Origin: Chiloscyllium plagiosum
Lineage: Eukaryota
Length of the DNA stretch: 20,000 nucleotides
Direction of reading: 5' to 3'
Assembly (NCBI RefSeq): GCF_004010195.1
Contig: NC_057719.1
Coordinates: forward strand, 33,081,671-33,101,670
The notes under the pieces: generated by a model
Seen by the model: the letters and a program-made list of their open reading frames with translations, nothing else
What the model was told of the DNA's origin: nothing
Database searches by the model: none
Shown: one piece after another, positions 12,060-20,000 of the stretch
How positions within the stretch are numbered: position 1 is the first letter of the stretch
Layout: each line of letters starts with the position of its first letter
Position numbers and translations under genes: made by a program

Positions 12060-12999
12060 CTGATAATTGAACGTCGATTTTACTGCTCCTCAGACGCTGC
12101 CTGAACCACTGAATTTAATTCCAACAATTCTTCCCAGCTCATCCTTGGCTCCTCCAGTTCAGAAGTGAGGAAATATGGTCCCTCAAGGTAATCCAGTTAA
12201 TTCCACACAATTATATCTGGCTACTGTCAGAATTGCAGGTCAGATGTAGTTGAAAGCTTACATGATCCATGCTCAGCTTTTCCAAAACAAAAAACACTTT
12301 CATATTTTGCCCTTTTCTCTACCTTAAAATTAGCAGGAGACACACATAATCAAATAATTATTCATATAATCAATCATTTATCTCCTTTGATCTTGGTATT
12401 GAAGGGGGCAACATTGCTTATTATTCAATATATATTAATATCTTGCTTTTCTGTTCAGTCAAATCCACGTGGAGCAATCAGAGTGTTCCAAATGCCTGAA
12501 GATGGTGTCATTTGGAGAAAACTTCTGTACTAAAACTTATGTCCCATTTTGTTTTTTTACTCCAGTTGTATTAAAGCATATTCCTTCAGTGTCTTTTTGT
12601 TTGCTTCTACCAAACTTCCAGTTTCTGCAGAGCATTGAGTTTTTGAATATTCATTTTGCCTCAGTGTTTAAGTTCTAAAACAATTGAAGTTTTTTCTTTG
12701 CGCACCTTGTTAATTCATCTTCGATCGCGTTCATGTTCAAAGCTTACAGCTAGCAATATATTTCCTGAGTCACATGCCCTGACTGATAGAAAAATAGATA
12801 ATTGGAACCAATTAAATTACCATTTTAGAACTATAACGAAGTTGAATGATCGCTAAAAGTGCAGTTATCTCTGCCCTGTTACTTTGCTTCTTAATGTAAA
12901 TTTTGATCTATTTTATCTTTGTTTTCAAAAATTCCAAAAAGATACTAGATCACAAATATTTCCAAGCATTTGCTTCCTCAACACTATTGCTACTATAGA

Positions 13000-13198
13000 G
13001 AGAAAATGAGGTCTGCAGATGCTGGAGATCAGAGATGGAAATGTGTTGCTGGAAAAGCGCAGCAGGTCAGGCAGCATCTAGGGAACAGGAGAATCGACGT
13101 TTCGGGCATTTCTTGAAGAAGGGCTAATGCCCGAAACGTCGATTCTCCTGTTCCCTAGATGCTGCCTGACCTGCTGCGCTTTTCCAGCAACACATTTC
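13000..13198. mobile_element. Palindromic PLE terminal-repeat mini-insertion
   Basis: Perfect 75 bp inverted arms 13036-13110 and 13126-13200 with a 15 nt spacer. TSD CACTATTGCTACTATAGA at 12982-12999 and 13199-13216. Contains hammerhead variant TTGAAGA A GGGC TAAT GCCC GAAACGTC (C3 changed to U). Confidence 0.95.
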
Positions 13199-13439
13199 CA
13201 CTATTGCTACTATAGACAAGGTTGTAGTGTTGCCAAGGCTCTCCAACCAAAAGCAAAGGGAACCTATTCTCCTGGCAGTTTAAAGTTGAAAGTGCCCTTG
13301 CACTATACCCCTGACTACAGATCCAAGTGATTAGTTTGAATTATATACCTAATAATTGCTACAAATGCTGGCATGATGCTGCCAAAATACTCTTAAAGGC
13401 ATTTCGATTGGCAGACAATCTGTGTTAGTTTGCTGCAGG

Positions 13440-14911
13440 AACTGTAGTAGAGGGAATGGAAGCTAGGGTGGTTGTATGCTCTTCATGCAGGATATAGGAG
13501 GTAAAGGTCACCACTCGTGTCCCTGCTGACATCACCAGCGATAAGTGCACCCAACTCCAACTCCTCACATACCATGTTAGGGAACTGGAGGTAGATGAAC
13601 TTCGGATCATTCAGGAGGCTGAGGGGGTGGTAGAGAGGAGTTATAGGGAGGTAGCCACACCTAAGTTATAGGAAAAAGTTACAGCATAAACGCTACTTGC
13701 GGAGCGTTTCAGGGAACACCTCTGGGACACCCGAACCAACCAACCCAACTACCCAGTGGCTCAACACTTCAACTCCCCCTCCCACTCCACCAAGGATATA
13801 CAGGTCTTTGGATTCCTCCATCGCCAGACCACAACAACACGACGGTTGGAAGAGGAGCGCCTCATCTTCCACCTAGGAACCCTCCAACCACAGGGGATGA
13901 ACTCGGATTTCACCAGTTTCCTCATTTCCCCTCCCCCCACCTTGTCTCAGTCAAAACGTCGATTCTCCTGTTCCCTGGATGCTGCCTGACCTGCTGCGCT
14001 TTTCCAGCAACACATTTTCAGCTCTGATCTCCAGCATCTGCAGACCTCACTTTCTCCTACAGTATAAAGATGGCTGGGTGACCATCAGGGGAATGAAAGG
14101 GAATCAACAGACAGTGCAGGGAACTCCTGTGGCTGTTCCCCTCAAGAATAAGTATATTGTTTTGGATACTCATAGGGTGAGGGGTGGGGGTACCTATCAG
14201 AGGAAAGCCAGAGTGGCCAGGTCTCTTGCACTGAGCCTGGCTCTGTGGCTCAGAAGGGAAGAGGGGAGAATAGGAGAACAATACTGATAGTAGTTTCAAT
14301 GGTGAAAGGAGCAGATAGAGGATTGTGTGGTCGCGAACAAGACTCCTGGATGGTATGTTGCCTCCTGGATGCCAGGGTCAGGGGTGTCATGGATTGAGTC
14401 TAAGGATTCATAAGGGGGAGGGGGAGCAACCAAAAGTTGTGGTACACATCAGTACCAATGAAATAGCTAGAAAAAGGGATGAGGACCTGAAAAGTGAATA
14501 TAGGGAGTTAGATTGGAAGCTAAACAGCAGGACAAGCAGAGTAGTAATCTTAGGATTGCTACTGGTGCCACAGGCTAGTGAGGCAAGGAACAGAGAGTGA
14601 GTGCAGCTGAATGCATGGCTGCAGAAATGGTGTATTGGGGAAACCAGCAGATATGTGGATATTTGGGATACTTTTGGGAAAGGTGAGACCTGTACAAGAA
14701 GGATGGATTTCACCTTAATAGAGGTTTGCAGGTGCTATTTGGGAGGGTTTAAACTAGATTGTCAGGGGATGGGAACGGGAGCTGTGGATTAGATGATTGA
14801 GTAGGTAATGAACAGCTAGATACAGTGTACAGAGAGTCTGTGAGGAGAAATAGACAGTTGATATGGTAAAGGTGCACTCAGTATGATGGGTTGTTCCTAA
14901 TTTAATGCAAA
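13440..14911 (+). mobile_element. Decayed CR1 LINE 5' part (ORF1: Cys motif/coiled coil + esterase, up to the ORF2 start)
   Basis: VVCSSCRI..KCTQLQLLTYHVRELE, then PVAVPLKNKYIVLD and GEGEQPKVVVHISTNEIARK..RVVILGLLLVP. Interrupted by a PLE. Confidence 0.87.
13691..14057 (+). mobile_element. PLE 3' fragment nested in CR1 ORF1
   Basis: LLAERFREHLWDTRTNQPNYPVAQHFNSPSH..GTLQPQGMNSDF. TSD TACAG(C/T)ATAAA at 13680-13690 and 14058-14068. An internal deletion joins the UTR to AAAACGTCGA (~13953). Confidence 0.92.
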
Positions 14912-14965
14912 GTTAAAAATCACATAAGCACTAGTCTTTGGAGCGCTGTTCCTTCACCATGTAGT
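14912..14965 (-). mobile_element. Short remnant of a second hammerhead-bearing repeat family
   Basis: Minus strand CATGGTGAA GGAAC AGC GCTCC AAAG ACTAG resembles a decayed CUGAUGA-A-GGAGC-AGC-GCUCC-GAAAGCUA. Confidence 0.45.
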
Positions 14966-15073
14966 TCTGACATCAGGTAGCTCCTCTGACTCCAGGCACA
15001 AGTTCCCTCCACTATCCCAGATTGGCCCTAGCCTCACTCTGGCCATCCTCTTGTTCCTATACAAGTGTAGAAT

Positions 15074-15371
15074 TAGATTACCTACAGTGTGGAAACAGGC
15101 CCCTCGGCCCAACAAGTCCACACCGATCCTCCAAAGAGTAACCCACCCAGACTCATTCCCCTACATTTACCCCCGACTAATGTACCTAACACTATGGGCA
15201 ATTTAGCATGGCCAAGTCACCTAACCTGCACATTTTTGGACTGTGGGAGGAAACCCACGCAGACACAGGGAGAATGTGCAAACTCCACACAGACAGTTGC
15301 CTGAGGCAAGAATTGAACCCGGGTCTCTGGTGCTGTGGTGCAGTGCTAACCACTGTGCCACCGTGCCACCC
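15074..15371 (-). mobile_element. Full-length tRNA-derived HE1-like V-SINE
   Basis: A box TGGCACAGTGG, B box GGTTCAATTC, V-domain TGTGTGGAGTTTGCACATTCTCCCTGTGTCTGCGTGGGTTTCCTCC, CR1-like tail. TSD GAAT at 15070-15073 and 15372-15375. Confidence 0.93.
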
Positions 15372-15692
15372 GAATGTCTTAGTGTTTTTGAATCTTACCT
15401 GTTCAAGCTTTCTCATGCCCCGTTCCAGCTCTCCTAAAACCATTCTTCAGTTTCCTTCTTCCTCTTGACTAGATGTTCCACACCCCTTGTCACCCAAGTT
15501 TCTTTCAACTTACTATCCCTTCCTTGCTTCAGTGGGACAACCTATCCAGCACTCTCAACAAGTGCTCCCTAAACAACTTCACATTTCTGTTGTGCATTCC
15601 CTGAGAATATCTGTTCCCAATTTAGGTGCCCCAGTTCCTGCCTAATAGCATTGTAATTCCCCACCCCCCCCATTTAAATGCTTTCCCATACT

Positions 15693-15843
15693 CTAGATTT
15701 GAGTGGTTCTGGAAAAGCACAGCAGGTCAGGCAGCATCCGAGGAGCAGGAATTCCTGATGAAGGGATTTTGCCTGAAACATTGATCTTCCTGCTTCTAAG
15801 ATAGACTTTAGTTTCCAGCATCTGCAGTCCTCATTTTTGCCTA
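15693..15843 (+). mobile_element. PLE terminal mini-insertion with inverted 5' piece and decayed hammerhead
   Basis: 12 bp TSD CTTTCCCATACT at 15681-15692 and 15844-15855. 15693-15750 is antisense to the terminus. Core reads CTGATGA AGGGATTTTGCCT GAAAC ATT. Confidence 0.9.
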
Positions 15844-18540
15844 CTTTCCCATACTGTCTGCACTTATCCTTCTCCATGAGTACAACAAAGGTCAGGGAGT
15901 TGTGATCACTATCATCAAAATACTCTCCCACCAAGCAATCTGACACCTGGTATGGTTCGTTGTCAAACACCAAATCCAATATGGCCTTCCCTCCAGTTGG
16001 CCTATCTATATATTGCCTGGACACACCTGACAAAAACTTCTCCAGACAAACTATTTGAACAAAGGAGGTTTCAATCAAGATTAGGGAAGTTAAAGTCACC
16101 CTGATAACAACCCTGTTACTTCTGCATATCTCCAAAATCTGCCTCCCAATCTGCTCCTCCATGTCTCTGTTGCTATAGAGGGGGCCTGTAGAAAACTCAA
16201 AATAAAGTGTCTGCTTCTTTCCTGTTTCTGACTTCCACCCATACTGACTCTGTAGGCAAACCCTTCTCGATGACCTCCCTGTTCTATTATCCTTGATTAG
16301 CAATGCCACTCCTTCACCTCTTTTACCTCCCTCCTTATTCCTTTTGAAACGTCTAAACCTTGGAACATCCAGCAACCATTCTTGCTCATGTGATATCCAA
16401 GTCTCTGTAATGGCCACAACATCATATTTCCAAGAACTGATCCTTGCTCTGCGTCTGTCATCTTTTTTTCCTGATACTTCTTACATTAAAATAGACAACT
16501 CAACTTATCATATTGACTGCCCCATCAAGTACCTATCCCTCCTCACAGACTCTCACAGACTTAGGCCGGTTGATTTTTTTTTGGCTCTTAGTGGGGTGTT
16601 TTAGCACCAGATCAGGTGCCTCTAACTCTGCCTGTGATGCGGGTGAAGTGTCAGACACATTAGCTCTCCTCTTGTGCCAAGAGCATCTCGTAAGAAATTC
16701 ATTTTCCTCTTCAAGCATCAAGACAGCCACATCCATCATATCTATCCCAGATTCCAAAGTATCTTCAATGATTGATGGAGAGAGAGAGAACCCATGGGTT
16801 CCAGAAAGACTCTTGAGGAACTCGGCACATTTTGACTGGACTGTTTGTGAAATTGTGGCTATCGTATGGTCCATGTGTTTGTTCAGGACCAATAGACCCA
16901 CCCAAACTTTATAGTTCACTAGACCTGATCTTCAATTGACCTTGCCTCTTACCCATGCTGGGCCGTTCTTATGGTTCCTACAAAACGTCATCCACTTCAG
17001 GAAATTACTCTGTCAATCAGCAGTATTGTGTCCTTGGCATTCCTGATGCTGCTTCATCACCATACCCACCCATCAAGTCTGGGAAGATCAGCTTTAACAC
17101 AGATCAAAGTCTCCTCCCTCATAAGCAACTCTGCTGGAGCTATGCATGTCACTGTAGGACGGGTGGTCCTATAATCAAATAGTAACTGGGACAGTTTCGT
17201 ATCTCGTGAAGCTGTAGACTGTTTCTTTAAGCCTGCCTTTAAAGTTTGGACTGCTCTTTCTGCCAGACCATTGGATGATGAATGGTATGGAGCTGTCCAT
17301 ATGGATCACAAACTATTTGATTTCAGGAAATACTCAACTTCCCTGCTAGTAAATGATGGCCCATTATCTGTGACCAATTCTTCTGGAGTCTGAGTACTAT
17401 AAAAGATGCACATAGTTTTTTCCATTGTTTGACGAATGAACTCCATGCACATCCAGTCACATTGAGCAGGCACCCACAATGACTGAGAACTTTATGCCCA
17501 TGAACTGACCTACAGAATCAACATGTAATGGAGTCCAAGATTTACCTGGCCATTCCTATGGATATGGGAGAGCTGCTGGCAGGAGTTTTTGTCCTTGTTG
17601 GCTCTCTGAGCATGCCCCACCAATTCAACTATGTCTGCATCCAATCTTGACCAAAGATATTAATTCATTTTGGAAACTCCTGAATGACCCAGATAAAATT
17701 CAGTCAGTAACTGGAGGTGGCCTTTCCTGTGGACAATTACTCTTGCGCCCCATGGTAATATATGCCATCCTGCAATGAAATCTGGTCTCTCCAGATCCAA
17801 AAAACATTTGTTTCAGTTTGATTAGGACCAGATCCTTTTGCATCCAAAGTCTGATATTGGAAGCTCTGACTAGAAGCATGTCCAGAAAATATAAAACTAT
17901 TATGGACTTGTGCAGTGGCGGTACCACCGGTGATGTCTCTGCCAGTGGGGGAATGGCTCAATGATTCGGCATTTGCTGCTTGGCCTCCCGGACAGTGTTC
18001 CAACTTGTAATTAGACACATATAGCATGAGACCCCATGGCTGAATTCAGTTTGAAGCTATGCGCAACACTGCCGTCTTCTCTTTAAGTCGACCTGGCAGG
18101 GCCCTTTGGTCCATTATTATTACAAATTGATTTCTGTAAAAATACATGTGGAACTTCCTGGGTCCAAATATGACCGCCAAACCGTCCTTCGCTATCTGGA
18201 CATATTTACACACAGCATTAGCCAAAATCTAGCATGCATTCGCTATTGTACATTCCTCTCCATTGGACCACCTATAAGATAATACTACCCTGGCACCATA
18301 TGGGGAGGCATTACATATCAATACCAGATCTCACATAGGATCATAACATGCCAACACCTTAGAGGATGATAGCTGTTTCTTCACGTCCTTATGAACTATG
18401 TCTGCAACCATTTCCAAGGTTTATCCTTCTTTAAGAGTTGATACAGAGGAGCCAGGATGGAGGCCAGGTTATGGATGAACTTTCAATAATAATTCACCAA
18501 TCCAAGGGAAGACCTAAGCTCCGGTACAGACTTGGGAGCT

Positions 18541-18978
18541 GGAATGAGGCGTGCGGGCAGGGGCTTGAAAGATAAATGGGAGGGGGGTGGGCAAGGGGAA
18601 GGTTTCTCTGGGACACCTGCACCAACCAACCCCACCGACCCATGACTGAACACTTCAACTTACCCTCCCATTCCACCAAGGACATGCAGGTCCTGAGCTT
18701 CTTCCATTGCCAACCTTAACCACCCGATGTCGGGAGGAAGAACATCTCATCTTCCACCTTGGAATCCTGCAACCACATGGGATTTCACCAGTTTCCTCAT
18801 TTCCCCTCCCCCACCTTCTCCCAGTCTGTTTCCACACTGTAAGTAATCTGATCTAATCTCTCAGAGCCCCGGCCCACAAGCCTCATTCCTGATGAAGGGC
18901 TTATGCCTGAAACGTCGATTCTCCTGCTCCTCGGATGCTGCCTCACTAGCTGTGCTTTTCCAGCACCACACTCTTGAC
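18541..18978 (+). mobile_element. Chimeric PLE insertion within Gypsy pol
   Basis: Inverted UTR piece 18541-18603, GIY-YIG tail ~18605-18824, SINE-type tail CTGTTTCCACACTGTAAGTAATCTGATCTAATC ~18826-18858, then the PLE terminus. No TSD seen. Confidence 0.87.
18885..18920 (+). ncRNA. Minimal hammerhead ribozyme motif
   Basis: ATTC CTGATGA (18889-18895) A GGGC TTAT GCCT GAAAC GTC GATT. Predicted cleavage after C18916. Confidence 0.75.
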
Positions 18979-19544
18979 AACAGATGTAACCTAGTCTTGT
19001 TGACTCTGTAGCCCAAGTAGGTCACTGGGGGTACCTGGAGCACATGTTTTTCCCTTTTAAAGAATATGCCAACCTGGGAGAAATAACTAAGGACTATGTC
19101 CAAGGCCCTCTAAGTGCTCCTTTTTGGTCTTCCCAGTTATTCACATATCATCTAGATAAATGGCAAAATGGATTTTATAAAATATTTTCTACTGTCTGCT
19201 GAAAGATTGCACAGGCTAATGATACACTAAACGGCAATCTCATATATTAGTACAAATCCTTATGGGTATTAATCATAATGTATTTTTGGGCACCCTCATC
19301 TAACCACAATTGTCAAGGTTACATGGCTGATGTCCAGCTTTGTGAAGGACAGCCTCCCAAGACGCCTAAAACTCTGCTTATATCTGTCAGTCAGGATTGG
19401 ACCAGATTAACAGCCCCAGTTAGGGAACTCATAATCATGAGGTCCAGCTGAGTGGCCTCATTACAGTCCCAGAATCCACTGCACTGTGGGATAGTGAATT
19501 TACATGCTCTTCTTTAAAATACTGTTGTAGGATCATTTACACTC

Positions 19545-19642
19545 ATTTGAAAAGCCAGAAAGGACCTTGGTTTAACACCTCATCTAAAAGATTGCACTTC
19601 TAGCATTGCTGTACTCCTTAATATTATGCTGGAATGCTAACC
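19545..19642 (-). mobile_element. Old Deu-domain SINE fragment
   Basis: Minus strand AGTGCAATCTTTTAGATGAGGTGTTAAACCAAGGTCC resembles the DeuSINE core as I recall it (GGTGCCGTCTTTCGGATGAGACGTTAAACCGAGG). Confidence 0.6.
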
Positions 19643-19700
19643 GTGGTTTTTTTAAATGCACTGCAGGCCAGATCACAGGAGCAACAGTCTGTACCCTGAA

Positions 19701-19719
19701 GTGTGTGTGTGTGTGTGTG
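19701..19719. repeat. (GT)9 microsatellite
   Basis: Direct reading. Confidence 0.9.
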
Positions 19720-19735
19720 CACTGTTGAAATATTT

Positions 19736-20000
19736 GAGAAGAAAGTGAGGTCTGCAGATGCTGGAGATCAGAGCTGGAAATGTGTTGCTGGAAAAGCGCA
19801 GCAGGTCAGGCAGCATCCAGGGAACAGGAGAATCGACGTTTCGGGCATAAGCCCTTCTTCAGGAATGAGGAAAGTTTGTCCAGCCGGCTAAGATAAAAGG
19901 TAGGGAGGAGGGACTTGGGGGAGGGGTGTCGGAAATGTGATAGGTGGAAAGAGGTCAAGGTGAGGGTGATAGGTCAGACTGGAGTGGGGGCGGAGAGGTC
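19736..20000 (-). mobile_element. PLE 3' terminus, continuing beyond the window
   Basis: Near-identical to 13000-13110 and to the reverse complement of 13955-14057. Confidence 0.93.
19831..19866 (-). ncRNA. Intact minimal hammerhead ribozyme motif
   Basis: Minus strand: ATTC CTGAAGA A GGGC TTAT GCCC GAAAC GTC GATT. Perfect helix II and palindromic ACGT helix III. Confidence 0.8.

Larger units (their letters stand above)
10670..12106 (-). mobile_element. Composite Penelope-like insertion (3' terminus, RT-EN body, captured host DNA, inverted terminal piece)
   Basis: 16 bp TSD CACTGAATTTAATTCC at 10654-10669 and 12107-12122. PLE 3' terminus at 10670-10850. Internal deletion near 10852. Confidence 0.93.
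14966..16560 (-). mobile_element. Decayed CR1 LINE fragment (ORF2 APE endonuclease region), interrupted by a SINE and a PLE piece
   Basis: YFNVRSIR, VVAITETWI, GGKRGEGVALLIKD, PTGGKAILDLVF, GEYFDDSDHNSLTF. Confidence 0.9.
16900..19340 (-). mobile_element. Decayed Ty3/Gypsy LTR retrotransposon pol (RT - RNase H - integrase)
   Basis: Minus strand: IYLDD (YLDD at 19147-19158), VTYLGYRV, ELRSSLGLVNYY*KFIHNLASILAPLYQLL, CNASPYG, LAVIFGPRKFHMY, RLHVD, PEELVTDNGPSFTSRE, SSNGLAERAVQTLK. Domain order RT-RH-IN. It probably extends to ~16560. Confidence 0.9.

Noticed and set aside
12469..12856. Donor segment as a host coding exon
   Set aside because: Only short ORFs with no recognisable protein and no convincing splice-site pair.
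15300..15371. tRNA gene
   Set aside because: It is the tRNA-derived head of a SINE, with no full cloverleaf.
19380..19465. Possible Gypsy LTR remnant
   Set aside because: No matching second LTR, primer-binding site or TSD visible in the window.
1..20000. Prokaryotic systems (CRISPR, retron, DGR) suggested by RTs plus repeats
   Set aside because: The RTs are eukaryotic CR1, PLE and Gypsy types, there is no repeat-spacer array, and mismatches between repeat copies are not restricted to adenines.

Overview
Repeat-dense, apparently non-genic eukaryotic DNA. The repeat types (CR1 LINEs, HE1-like V-SINEs, a Deu-domain SINE, Penelope-like elements) suggest a cartilaginous fish or shark genome; this is inference. 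I found no convincing host exon. The window holds decayed CR1 LINE pieces, a decayed Ty3/Gypsy pol, SINEs, a TA-flanked MITE, a ~658 bp tandem duplication, and seven insertions of related Penelope-like elements (PLEs; RT + GIY-YIG). The PLE 3' termini carry a minimal hammerhead-ribozyme motif (CUGANGA-A-GGGC-N4-GCCC-GAAACGUC). Five PLE insertions have 11-18 bp target-site duplications (TSDs), and five have a short inverted piece of their own 3' region at the 5' junction. One is a perfect 75-bp-arm palindrome. Another carries an inverted 174 bp copy of nearby host DNA inside its TSDs.
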